A stretch of 62,132 nt of DNA, counting the filler, from Choristocarpus tenellus KU-1152 (taxonomy: Eukaryota; Protista; Phaeophyceae): assembly GCA_964200185.2 (NCBI GenBank). It is 11 parts of 11 records of this genome, joined end to end, with 100 filler letters (N's around TTAATTAATTAA, not from the genome) between each part and the next. Parts side by side here need not be neighbours in the genome. Positions count along the whole stretch, not along the records: positions 1 to 6,649 come from CAXNAD020007664.1; positions 6,750 to 21,366 come from CAXNAD020001150.1; 9 more parts are not named here. One strand, given 5' to 3'. How positions within the stretch are numbered: position 1 is the first letter of the stretch; every line of letters starts with the position of its first letter. The notes under the pieces were generated by a model. The model did not search any database, was not told where the DNA came from, and saw only the letters and a list, made by a program, of their open reading frames with translations. A program made the position numbers and the translations under genes. This document shows positions 1 through 13,600 of this stretch, in pieces.

Positions 1-94
1 AAGAGTTTTGGGGGGGGCGGGGGGTCAGGCGCGTTCCCCCCCCCCCCCCCCCCCCAACCCCCCCCCCCCCCCCCCCCCCCAGATACTTTGACCC
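1..94. mobile_element. Family C terminus (G/C-tract element ending CCCAGATACTTTGACCC)
   Basis: The reverse complement GGGTCAAA(G/A)TATCTGGGG recurs at 58260-58293 and 62114-62132, each at a contig or window end. Confidence 0.6.
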
Positions 95-2399
95 GAGTAC
101 AAAACGGGCAAAACCTGGGTAAATCTCTTTTGCTTTGACTCTTTTCCCATCCCATAACACATAATTGTTTCCTCCTGCTATCTTGTATTATGAGGGACAT
201 CAATAGTAACTAATGATACTATATCATACATTCCCACAGTCAACCTGGTACTTTGTTCTACAACTGGGGCAAAGATAATCAAGTTCAACGACCCTATATC
301 AACGCAGACAAGGATAAAGACAACAAAACTTCAGAACTACAATATACCTTCACTCAATTAAACTATCTAATCACATAACTCAAGTAATTCACAAACATCT
401 AACTCGAGTGTAAACCCAATAAATTATACTTCACAATGTGTAGATACCAGATGGATGTATACGTTCCTTATTGTAGAACATGTAAAACTCAACATCCATA
501 TTTGATTCATAACCACCACACTGCGATCCTTCAACTTCCACCTTCAACCTGCCTCCACCATACATTCTTATTATTGATTTTTTGTGGTTGGGTGTCTGTT
601 TTATATATGCCCTCGACATAGAGATGACGTACCTACTTCAATGAGGGCCAACCAACAACCATATCTTGTTTTATTATCTCCACAAGTTCAACATGGACGG
701 GGTGGATGGGTTAAGAGATGAAGAAACCAAAGTTCATCGTCCTAATTTGTGGGTCGTATTCCAGTTCATCGTGTTGAAGTTCATATAAAATTTTGTCTTT
801 GCAGTTCATGTGTATGGAATATTCGAGGCGCCTATCTGCATGAGCATCCATGGTTCGAACCCCGTCGGCGCCATACCTCTTTTCAGGGAAATCTGATTTC
901 GATTATCGTGTACCACTCCACACTACACATGACAACCACAACGGATTCTACGCCTAATATATGCTACCACCGCTTGACCATTGTGTATGGTCGTATGTTG
1001 TTACACCACTGAAATGCTGGACCAAGATCGAGATGTAAACTTCACGATCCAGGGTCCAGAATTTGGGGTCAACAAAAGAGGTGAATATCATCAACATGAC
1101 CCAGGTTGTGAGTTGAATCACACTTTAATCCTCGTGTTTCATGAAAGTGAAGGAAAAGGAGGGAGCACACTACAAGTCTCTGTGACCAACAATAGTACGC
1201 TGAAAATCATCTAACCCTGAGCAGGAAATGTGGCACTCGACGACCACGACAGCAGTTCAAGTAGGAAGTCGAAAGTAATGCATTTTTCGCACATGGGGGG
1301 TTGATTTAGACCCTTTTTGGAGTGTAAGGAACATTATAATTATCACGCTCTCATTCCCATCCCCGAAATGCAGCTAATCACCATTAGGGGGCTGAGGTTG
1401 TAAGAGTGGAGACAAACGTCCATCCACACAAGCGTGGAATTGCACTATAGAATTCTAGGAATACATGTACTAGAAGGCAGTTAGACAGGTCCCATATACT
1501 CAACGGCACCCCCTTGTTGCACCTGATACTGTCAGATGGAGGAGACTTTCAATCCCTGAGTCCTATAGAGGCAAGTATGTCATACACAAATTCCGACTGG
1601 CAGGAATGTTCACCTTCAGCTGAAGGGGTACACAAGGGCGAACACTTGCATCTTCAGTACCACTGCCCAACCATGCTTGCGTTTCTACTCCTTTCAATAA
1701 ATGTTTGAATATCAGAAATGAGACCCTGAACTGCCTCCTCAACTTCGGTGACTCTCACGAAGTTGTTCCTCCCACTGTCTCCTCTATCCCCACATCACCC
1801 CCCACGAACAGGCTGTGCGAATCACCAATTGTAGGGGGTGCGAAATCCTCGTTCTTACAGATTTTCCTCCTCCTCCTCCTCCTCCTCCTCCATCAGAGCA
1901 CGTAGGACCGACTACAAAGAAAGAAGCGTTTATCGCCTACCTTTCTTTGACTACCTTGAAGGTAGAGGTACCATCAGATAACAATGGACTGTGGTACCAT
2001 GAATGTATTAGTATTATTATTATTGTTTGCATTACGTCACTAGTGTAGGGATTTTCCTGACCAGTGATCAGAGATAGTACACCCTACACACTATAAGGAC
2101 TACTATTTTTACTGCTGCACCAAGACTATTCTTGCTTCCTCCGTATTGCCTTTATTCTTACGTGTTGAGTTCAGCAATCCCGTTGCTCGCCATTCCGTCT
2201 AATCTGGAAGAGGAGGTTCTCATTATACTATTTGCAAGATAATTCTTGGTTAACTGGTATTTGCTCTTGCAGTGGAGGTGCGCAATATGTTCCCTGAAAA
2301 GCATCCGTTATACAGACGTAGGCAAGATGGAATAAAGGAGTGGGGAGTGTATACAAGGATATCGAGTGCTTTCTTGGCAAAACGAAAGACTACTGGAGA

Positions 2400-3800
2400 A
2401 TGTTCATGCCGCCACTGTAATATTGGCAGAAAAAAGAGGATAGAAAAAGTTTATCGTATATACCGCAAAATATGCTCCATGCATATGATGGCCTTGCAGA
2501 TTTGGAGGCCAGCACAGACTGGGCAGGGGATGCTGTTCTGTATGAATGATGCCTCCAACAGTCACCCTTGCACTGATTTCTTTCGGGTGGGCATGAAAGG
2601 GGATGGGGTTTGGTATAACTCTTCTTCGGACGCTTGCCTGCAAAGAAAGGAAAGTTTTAGAACCCCCCCAATGTTATATAGATTCCATTGTAGCCCATAA
2701 CTGAACATCTAAAGTGCGACTTTATACAGTCTAGGGAGCAACTAGAGCAGCATTTACCATGCCCACCTGAGCCACATGGGGATGTACACGTCTGAGCATC
2801 AGACAAGCCACTACTCCATACCAATCAATCCATGTCTACGAGCTTTGAAACATTTTGGGAAGGAAGAATCTCTTCTTCCCAGTTGCCACGATAGTCCACA
2901 TTAACATTTCTTTCGTATAAGTGGGAGGGTTCCAGTCTGGAGCTTCATCTAATGACCACTTGAGGAAGTCAGGGGTAGTGACTTCCACATGTTATGATGT
3001 GGTGTGAACACAAAATTTCATTAACTTTTTGAAACCTTGTGTTCACACTTCCTCCTCGTCTCTACTCCATAGGTGAGGGGAATAGGCTCACATGTTATGA
3101 GAGCAGGAGGTGTGACATTGCCGTCGCACTGGCACCCTTTCCAGGACCCATGGCATCAAAGTCATGAAACGTGAAAATCTATTCTGGGAATTGAGCCCTC
3201 ACTCGTCATGTTTCGGCGTGCCAAGGGTCGTCGACGGTGATTAGTGGTGGTCTAAGGCGTTGATTGAAGACGATATGACCTAGAAAGCATCGAATCTAAA
3301 AAAAACTTATGGTATAGGGGAGAGTCAGGCGAACCTGTCCAGCTTTTATACCAGGTAGGTGGTTCGGTTTTCGTCTTAAAAAGCACAATAAACTGCTCTT
3401 TAGGACTCCCTATAGAAAAGGGCCAAGTTTGAACCCTCGCATTTCTCGAAAGAATGAAAAGCTGGTTACTTTTATAATACCACTGTCTAAAAACCCAGAA
3501 GGAACTTGGGAAGTTGGCAGTACAACTAGGACCAACTCTACACCCCATAGTCGGAGACCTTCCACACTACTGTTGCGTTATTATTTCCTGATATGGACCC
3601 TTACAATCATTTGGCCCCCTTCTGAGCCAAAGTAATTAAGAGGTAGGCAAGGCTACATCTTAAGGATCCCGACAAGTGGCAAAAGTATGCCATTTTAGTA
3701 TAGTTACAGAACGAGCCTTCGCTGAATTGTGGTGCCATTTTGTATGTGGACGGGAGTAACATCAACTCTTTGTTCACTGTTTTGCACATAGAGAAATGAA
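2400..3800 (-). mobile_element. Highly decayed LTR-retrotransposon pol remnant (RT/RNase H)
   Basis: RT-like RCFLGHIVFNQRLRP (3248-3292) and a weak RNase H-like VGGII...KAIICMEHILRY near 2460-2570; many stops. The element probably extends further in both directions. Confidence 0.4.
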
Positions 3801-6649
3801 ATTGGGTGTATTGCACAGGTTAAGAAGGCTTAAAATGCAAAAGGGTTCAAGCATGCCTACTTCCATTACTTTGGGTCTTGTGACGTACGTATCTTGTAAA
3901 AGGATTCAAATAATGTCTGTCCATCCGTCTCTCTTTGTTTGTGTAACTGTCTGTGTAAATTTCCAGAACTGGCTCTCTGGTGTATGTACGTTTATAATTA
4001 ACGACTCCAAACATATATACTACGTACTTTTTGTCATTCCTGTTCGTCCGTCCACCTGTCTGTCTGTATCTTCCTACATTAGTTACCACTACCCCTGACT
4101 CTGTCAACCCGACTATGACTTGTAGCTATTGGTTAAATAAGCCCTGTAAAATAGAAATTCAACAGTACCACCTCTTTTGTAAGTACCATACAAAATCAAG
4201 TAGAAAAACTGAGTAGAACCAGCTCTTTGGATGGTCTTGATATACGCACCATACAAACCAACTCCTATTCGTTGATCCGTCCATCTCTACATGCCAGCAT
4301 TCACCCCTGTCTTTTCTCTTTGCAAGTCGTTGAAGTTTGAGTACAATTATTTTGACAGTTTGTACATAGGTCAAAACAGCACCCTGGCTTCAACGAAGTA
4401 AACTCCTGCCTCAAGCCCGAAGACGGCAGAAGTCCACTACACTCAACACCCAACCCTTGACGGTCCAGTCCCTATCCCAGAGGGGCCTACTTCTGTATAG
4501 TGGACAGCTCTGCACAACCTACACCTTGCCATCTTTTCATTTCTAACATTCAAGAAAAAATCAAGGCATGCACCGGGCTGTACCGTTGGTTGTACTACAA
4601 CATGTAGTTCGTAGGGTAGAAGAAATAGTGCAGTGTGTACTCCTATCTGACGACGGGTCAACAGGCTACGTATGGTGGAGGTCTATGGTTGAGGAGTTGA
4701 AGACAAAAAGTGGGATAATATCAATAGTAATTATGGATACAACAACAACCATAGAATCCCTTGCTTACAAACATACAATGAATTGATCACGCAACCCACG
4801 TTCCCTCCTTTCATTCCCTCCCTTGTGATCTACAACCCCCAAACCTCTTGCTCCCTTCGAGAACGGGCGTATCTATTATGTAGAGAGATGTTGCAACTTA
4901 TCGGAAGACAGTCCTTATAATCTCCAACTTACCTTTAAAACACTTGAAAATTCCTCATTATTTCTGAGTAGATCTGATTGTTCTGAATAGGACGGTAAAT
5001 ATCGGAAAGGAAAATGATATATCGGTTGAGTGTGTTGATGTTAGTGTTAAGGAGTCTTCATTGGAAGTGTTGAGACAAGGGGGTCGGGTCAATCTTCCTT
5101 GCTTGATCCAATACTGAAGAGAGGAGCTCGGTTGGGAGGTGTGGTGAGAGGACTGCGAACGGTCTTGGGGAAACGTGGCCACTACCTATAGTGGTGAGAT
5201 CTGACTGTGTACTAGTTGATTAGTTCTGTACCAGGAGGGGGTAGGACAGTGTTGCAGATTGGATCAACCTGACAAAGATGAACGAAGTCGTGTCCATGCA
5301 TTCAGTGAAGGAATATTCTTCTTATGAAACGCGCACTGTGTGCTTCTCACGTTTCTGTATTGCGGGGAGGTCAGGCCAATCTAGGCGTGCTCTCACTTAA
5401 AGGAAATGATTGATTACGTCATGGGTACTGAATATATGTAACCATCTCACAACAACAGGTCCGTGCTACTAATCTTCAGTTGTTTTGCACCTGACCCTTG
5501 TGTATTTGGACTGTACCTGACCTTCTTCAGCCTCCTTCTAATTATTAAGTTTAGCTGGGTTCGTGTTGTCGTTTCACCAGGCGACTTGCTAGGATGCATT
5601 TGCTCGACTGGACAGGATGCACTGTATCGTGCCAACAAAAAGGGCCGTTTCTGTACTTGAATGTCACTGGGAGCGGTGCTTTGTCGACTGACAGTAGCAT
5701 TCCATTGTTCTGCACTTCTCACGCACTCTCCAGGACTATTGCAACTACCAAGGATTGCCCCACATCTCACCTCCCATTCTGGCGTAGGTGAAAACTTTTC
5801 AATTGTCCTGACTAGGGAAGGAATTTTCTTACTCTCGCTTTGCAGTGTCACCTTTCGCAACCATGTCGGATGGTGTGCACATCGGTGAAGGAGGTGTGTC
5901 GGCTGGGGCATCCACCGGTTCTGATGGCAGTCTGTCCGGTGTTGAGTCCAAGAAACATCGTATGCACACCGGGCAAGACAGTGAAAACTTTTCCAGGTGG
6001 GTGGTCATGCGTCACGAGTGGTTGGGCGTGTTGGGCGGTAGAAAGGTGTTAATTATTTGTACACTTGATTTTCACGGCTGAGGGGGTTGTTTGTTTCTGT
6101 GGTGTTGGTTTTGAGGTTGATAACTGTCGAGATTTTGCAACTTCGACCAAAGGTCCCCACTCCCTAAATGCTGTACATATTCAAGCAGCTCTTTTCAATG
6201 TTTGGCCAATCTCAAGTCCAGCAATAGTCTAACATATATGGCAATGTAGCCTCGACCGAAGAATCAACCATATGATAAGTTGTCATTTTCCCTCCTTGGA
6301 ATCATTTTCGCTCTTACATCAAAATCTATCCCTTGGCATTTGGCCAGTTATATCTTATGTCCTTTTCCTCTGACTGAATAACCCACTAATTGGTTTCCTT
6401 CTTTTCTCGGGATAACCTAGAGCTAAATATTAACTTAACCATCAGCTGGCAGGCCTCACTTTTTTTTTGCCCATACCTTAACAACTTACTTTGTCTGGGT
6501 TTGTCTTTTGTTTTACCAAACTTCAACCTCTCTTCCCTTCATTCCATGGATCATAAACCCACCTACTTGTTTGAGTATCCTTTCACAACTTCACACCCTG
6601 GCAAAATATTTGCCGGGCACAATCCATTGGGGTTTGGGGGTGGGGGTGG

Positions 6650-6749
6650 NNNNNNNNNNNNNNNNNNNNNNNNNNNNNNNNNNNNNNNNNNNNTTAATTA
6701 ATTAANNNNNNNNNNNNNNNNNNNNNNNNNNNNNNNNNNNNNNNNNNNN
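6650..6749. other. Artificial contig spacer (44 N + TTAATTAATTAA + 44 N)
   Basis: Identical spacers at 21367-21466, 27381-27480, 32213-32312, 35602-35701, 39247-39346, 41955-42054, 48358-48457, 51977-52076 and 58294-58393; the core gives stops in all six frames. Confidence 0.98.
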
Positions 6750-7380
6750 TCTTAGTTTCAGAACAGTATAACTACAACTAGTTTAGAAATGTATATCCAC
6801 CATTCTCGTTTGTCCGGACCACACCTGTAAACAAATGTAGAAAAACAAATATTGGTCGATTTCGGAATGTTTGTCGCATTACGAAAATGAATCGTGCAGT
6901 GGGCACATAAATTACGATCCAACCATAACTGCTGAAAAAAAATGAAGTAAATCGTATATTCGGGCTTCTATTTCTTGTTTTCTATTATTACTTGTGTCAG
7001 AACAGTATAACCACAATACTAAACTTTCCGAAGAGTTCAGAAATTCAAGTTCTGGACGTACAACGCTTTGATGATGGTTCCTTTGGACCACAGTGTGAAA
7101 GACATCAATCACCTCGTTTGGAATTGCATATCCACCATTCTCGTCTCTCCCGATCACACCAGGTCCACAAATGTAGAAAATAATATATTGGTCGATTTCG
7201 GAATGTTTGTCGCATTAAGAAAACGAAACGTGCTGTTGGCATGGAAAATAAATCCAACTTCAAATGTTGAAAAAAATGTAGTAAATCGTACATTCTTGGA
7301 AAAAACGGATATGTCTTGTTTTATCTATTGCTATTAATTCTATTTGGGTCAGAACAGAGTAACTACAATGCCAAACTTTA
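6750..7380. repeat. Diverged tandem repeat (two units plus a partial third, ~240-350 bp) upstream of the GT-like gene
   Basis: TCAGAACAG(T/A)(A/G)TAAC(T/C)ACAA occurs three times; ATATTGGTCGATTTCGGAATGTTTGTCGCATTA occurs twice. Confidence 0.85.
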
Positions 7381-7605
7381 TACATAATTCATAGATAATT
7401 CAGATCTTCATAGATACCATCGCATTGCAAAAAAAACTTGACTCAATCCAACGGAATAACCTCACATGCATAAAATAAGGTACACCTCACTATTGTCCTA
7501 TTTTGGACATCAGTATTCAGAATATTAATATGGTAACGATATACATACCTAAACTCTCTTTTGTGTACAAAATTTCGAGAGGAAGTGAACATAGCGAGTG
7601 GTGAA

Positions 7606-10600
7606 ATGCAGCGACAAAAGCACATCGCGTCCCTTCCATCAGTGTTACCACATCGTCAGCCGTTTCAACGAAAAACCTTTGGGAATTGGTTTCATTTTCG
7701 TAGGCAAGTACGACAAACATGTACTCCCCTTCAGTCCTCCATCTCCCTCGTGGTCGTCTTATCAGCATTAATATTCTGCTTCCGACATGTTTTGTTAGTA
7801 CCTGTGAATGATGCGATCCTACCTTCTCGCTTTGGCGAAGGAGGGCGGATGGCCGTGGTGGTCCCAGCGCATGAGGGCGACCTCGATCTTGCTTTGGGAT
7901 CCATTCTTCAATGGCCTTCGAAATGCTCTAACTTAAGGCGGAGGAACATGGACCTCATAGTATACTATGCTGGGAGAGAGGATAGCACTTCATCGAGGGC
8001 CTTGGATGAGCTTAAACGGTCGAGTGTTTCTTGCTTCAAGTCGACAAAGATCATATATGCTCGCCTTACAGAAGAGGTGTGACATTCGCATGTTCTTGAG
8101 GACACTAATAAATATCCACCCCTCTCCCCAAAGTCTTAATCTTGCTCTGAAGCACATTGTGCTTCGAAGGAAACCTGCCCGTGAATTTCTCGGCAATGCA
8201 TTATCCGTGTATCGAACGACGTCCTTACATGCGCTTGCCCTCTTTCTGTACTTGCCCATGATAGGAGATGGTATACCCGAAAGGTCCTTCCACCCAGTTC
8301 TACAAAATGTTCTTGGATGAAGAGGTTAAGGGGCAACTCTCTTCTTATGACGTGCTGTCATTGATTGAGTGGGATGTCATTGTGGCGCACGACACGTCGT
8401 TTGAAAGACTCTACTCGGCGGCATTTTATAATGACGAGGCGTTTTGGGTGAAGGGCAGCACGCTTGATGGGGACAACTTTCACGATACGGCAGTTTTGGC
8501 AGACTCCTGGCATGTGGTCGGCCACCTCAATGGCAACGCAATATACAACAATACAGACCCAACGTTCAAAACATATTTGAACTACACAAGACAGCAATGG
8601 GGCTATGCCTACCCCTTCGATGTAGCAATTTGGGCTACCCTATCGGACCTTCCGTACAGCTGGCTCTTGTGGCAGCGCTACTCCCATAAATTTGTGGCTT
8701 CAAACTTGGTGAGGCGATTTTTAAAGGATCCATGCGTAGTGGTTGTCTCGCAGGGAATTTACTAAATGTTGGTCACCTGTGAGACACAGAGTCGTTGATG
8801 CATATACTCGATGTTCATCTCTAATAGCACATCTTGTTCATGTGGAAAGGGCATACTCTAATTCGAAATCCTACATTTCTCGCGTCTCTTGTCTGTTCAG
8901 ATTTCTAATGTCGGCTTCCTTGATGTGAGCAACGAAGTACTGCAATACGCTATAGATGGGGACACCCTTTTCGTTCATGGGAGCACTGGTGGAACTGGCA
9001 GCAGGACATATCGCAATGCGGAAGCAAAGTTGGACTCCCACGTTCGTAGCTCTACTGGAGTTGGCGATTGTACACGATTTTGTGGTGGCAGTAGTCATGG
9101 AATCTTGCCCAAGGGCACAAGTACTGTTTGTGACCCTTCATGCTCACTAGGGGGAGGCAAGCTGCTACCCCGTTTTGGAGGCTATTTGTGTGGAGCCGGT
9201 GATGATTTCAAGTATGGGAAGGGTTGCCGCCTTTGCTACACTGACCTGCAGGAGGCACAGAGAGCGGATATGGCACTGTGGGATCGCTCGATGCAAGTTG
9301 TGGACAGAGCATCCAATGGTTCTTGCTATGAGCGGCCACATGTCATTATGTGCGACACGCTCTCACCACCACCTGCAGAGAATTGCCATGAGAAGTGCAA
9401 TGTTCAAGGGAATGCGGTAAGTGACACGGATGGCTGATCCATACATTCTTCGCAGATAGAAAGCTATATGGTGCAAGATATGTCTGAATCAGTAAGACAC
9501 GTGTTGTTTGCCATCTACTCTGCTTGCTACCCTGAATTCAATATATTTGAAACAATGCAATACCGCCGTGTCCATCACACAACAGTTGAAGATGCCCGTA
9601 GTCTCGTAGTGACATGCTACACCTCTCTGTACCTCAAAGGTATTGTAACAAGGAGCAGTCTCACACATGCTTACACACTCCATTAGCACATGTTTCCTCT
9701 TCCAACAGCTTCTGCAATATGTGCTTTGTCTGTGCTCAAGGTATGCGATGCCACCTGCAGTGATCAGCGTTTTGGAGCGTACAACTGTAATTTTAGGGGA
9801 TATGACTCTTGTCGTTCATGCTTCATTGACGAGAAGAAAGCCCGAGAAGTAGACACCATTGCACGCCTCAAAGGTGGGAGGGCAATAATGTGCAACACCC
9901 ATGAGCCTCCATTGTCGCAGTTTTGCCAGGGAGCAGTTGGTGAGGATCTGGTTCTTGATATGGAGGGTAGTGAGGGAGACGATTCTGCTGAGGAGGACGA
10001 TGATGTCACATCTGAAGACTCAGAATCAAGTAAGCCATATCGGCTAAGCAATGTTGACCACAGGCAATACTGCATTGTGATACGGGGCTACCAGAATGTG
10101 GTTGCTGAAACAATCTTGACAGTGGAAAGCGTGTGCCACTTCATGGCAGGAGCGAAGATTGTCATTGCAACACACCCATCATCATTCTTTTCTTTCGAGA
10201 GGTGAGCGAAGCGAAAGGTTGTGTGTGTTAAGTGTAAGCGTGGTAGTTGTTTTGTCCTTTTAGTTTCCCCAGAGTTAAAAAAGTAGAAATTAACCCGCTA
10301 GTCCTATATTTTTGGGGGGTGCATACATTGATATGTTGTACTGTTTCTGTCTGCTTGGGTTTTCTGGGGCAAGTGCAAGTTTGTGTTATATTGTACAGGA
10401 GTTGTTTGGAAAATTCAGGGAGGACTTGTGCCATGCACATTTGTGGAGCTAGCATTATTGTTCACCACATTAATCAATGAATACTGTGATGTGACTGTTT
10501 CCCTGTCCCCACAAACATGCCACAAGCATTCATTTTCTCAATACTCGACAAACATCAGAGACTGGAAACCTACCCAGCTTAATCGGTGGATTGTCACCTA

Positions 10601-13600
10601 GCTGATCAAGTGCTCTCCCCTACAAGTCATCCATATCTCTGCGTTTCCCCTTGCACCTGTTCCAGAACCTCACTCTTTTTTTCATCCTCTGGACTTAGGG
10701 AATAGGTAAAGCAGTGCAGTAGGGATTTTATCCCACCTCTGATTTTTCAGATAGTGAGATATCACTGTTCACTGGGGCAGACAATCACTTGACTATCTGA
10801 GGTTGTGGGATCAAATCTCTGCTTCATCACTTTTCTGAATCCCTACGGCGAGAGGGTACACATGGAGTAGGAGAGGGTGTAGGAAGAGGCTGCAGAGGAA
10901 GTGCAGATTGAGATCACTACAAGGGGAGAGCACGCGACTAGTAGGGTGATGGGGCAGACCTTATGCTGGGTAAATTTCCAGCCTTCCGATTTTGTTAATA
11001 TTTCACAGCGTTAAGTTATCAATGTTCCACCAAGGCAGATACTTTTGTCGCTCAACCATCTTCCCTGGTAGAACAGTAGTATCTCATTGTTTGACTGTTC
11101 TATGACTACCCTGTCATTAATCATGCGAAATAGATCACAGTACATTTCAACCTTCATATTTCAAGGAATTATCACGTGCATTCTAGTTTTTTGAGGTTAT
11201 CTACAATAGGAAGCTAATTCCTGCCATATGAGCGAAGGATATGCACTGGAAGCCACATATACTTCAATTCTGAGTGCAACATCGAACCATGAACACCAAG
11301 GAGACGCTTGTCAGTCAAGGTTGGTGTTGTCTACGAAGAATATAAAATAAGGGATGCTTAAGATTGTTATGAGAGTGTGAAGTTCCAACTGGGAGTAATG
11401 TCAGTGAGTGGTAGGTGAACCCGATTTAGGTTTAGTTACAGGATTTGTCAGGAATCCCGGAATCATACAGGGTTAGGGTTATGGACAGTATCTCAGGGCA
11501 GATAAAATTCCCAGAAAAAGTAACCAGAACGATGAAGAAACTGCAAACATATTAGGGGGAGAATCTCCTCTGTAGTGAATTGGGTAAGGTCGGCAATTCT
11601 TTCTTCTATCATAATATTCTAACTTCCAGAGTTACTAGTATAATTTGAAGCATCTTAAGCACAAGCAAGAGCAAAAGTGACCTGAATTTAGACCTCAACC
11701 CTAGAGCAATATTTTGGGCTGATTTGGTGTAGAACAGGTTGGCACATATGACTACCTAATGCCGTTTCTATTCCAATACACACCGGTCGCTGCAGGGTCC
11801 AATTGTACCTTGGTGACCAGCATCCTCCTGACGAAGTAATCTATTCCAATACAACCAGGCGGGTTTTTTTTCTGCCTTTTCACGGTTCAGTCATATAGTA
11901 CGGTGTTTGTAGTAGATAGAAATTATTTTGGCTAGTGTCATTATAATATGACATGTTGCTTGTACTTTGATATTTAGAGTTCTGTAAGAAGGAAGTTGAT
12001 ATCTCCATGAGTTGTTTTGACACTCTAAAGATAACAGAGCTTGTCCAAGAGAGTACGAAGCTTTTAAAAGTGATGCATGTGCAATGACCCAAAGCACCGA
12101 GTGAAAGCATTTAAGAGGGTAGGGCCATGTCCGTTTGGGGCTTGCTTTTTTATGTAATTTTGGCCACCGTGTTTGTTAGCAAGTCATAGTTGCATACACT
12201 TTAGGTAACTGTGTTCACACAGAAAACTGAAAAAGGCCAAAAATAAACCGTGGGAACCCAAGCCCTGAATGGACAAACAGGACAAAACTCGTACCCTAAT
12301 AAAAGGTGTGTCCGGAACAAGGATATTGACACTTGCTAACAAACACGATAGCCAAACTTACATCAAAATCGCAACATTGGATTTCGGACCCCAAACGGAC
12401 ATGGTCCTACCCTCTTCCATGCTTTGACTCAAATAGTTGGTAATAATAGCAATATAGAGGGGATGAGAAATTGCACCCAATATTCCATTTAGAAGCTATT
12501 CACTGGTTAGTCCAAGCCTGGACATATTCCGTGAATTCCTCGCTGCAACCTGCCAATTACCAACTTGGTTTGATGGTCCAGGAGGGGCTTTCACCATTCA
12601 GCCTCAATTTGTCAAAGGCGTGCATGGGTTCCTCTCTACCAGTAAAGTGAACACCTCGATAAGCTGAATCCTATTTTATTCACGCCAGAAAGGTCACAAG
12701 CTGCAAATACTTTACTCACATGGTACATCTGTATGTATACTAGACTTCTACATGGTAAAACATACACTGATATTCCTGTCGAGATCTACAGACTGTAGGA
12801 CTACGCTGAACTGATTACTGATACCTTGTTGTAGTATTGTATCTAATACATGGTACTTTCAGGTATTGTTGTGCATTTGTTAATATGCTAAACATCACTT
12901 ATTTCTACTATGAAAACATATAGTTTTTCTCTTTAGTTCAGTAACTCGAGAATTTTCGCAAGGCCCTACCTAGCCCTGACCCCTGGTGATATGCACTACA
13001 CGTGGCACAACTTCCAAACATAATTATGAACTGGCGATGCATGAATAATTACTGCCCCATGCGTAGCTTTCGTTTTTCTCGGGTCTATTATTCATGGGAT
13101 ATTTATCTGATGTCGTTCAGGTATAAACCTATGCAGTTCTTCGACAAAGGTTGGTGCACTACCACTGAGCCATGTAGACATGCCAGTGTACCACACACTA
13201 TATGTTAGACCCTCTACCCTGTAGTGTGTGATAATAAAAAACTATAATCATACTTCCGTGCCCTCCTTTCGTTCAAAGCAGGGTTTTTTTACCTTGATTG
13301 TCTACGATTACCTTGAAACAATGGCATCCAGCACTGTTGTTATGCTTTAAAAAATCTGTCAGCGGACAAATTTCCTCCCCCTGTATTGAGACAGTAGTAT
13401 ATATATATATATATGGACTTATTTAGTGATGGTCAGTATAGAGTGGGTGACGTTCTAATCGGAAATCTCGTGATGATTTCTTCCTCTCAAACCTCATTCA
13501 CAACAACTGGAAATATTCATCCACACTATACACTGAAGCACTAATTTAGGTTGTTTCTCTCGTATGATGGAAATACTTTCTTCTGCAGGAGAAATACCTA

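Noticed and set aside
431-2300. Short ORFs at the start of the window
   Set aside because: No recognisable motifs or splice-consistent chain; probably decayed retroelement sequence.
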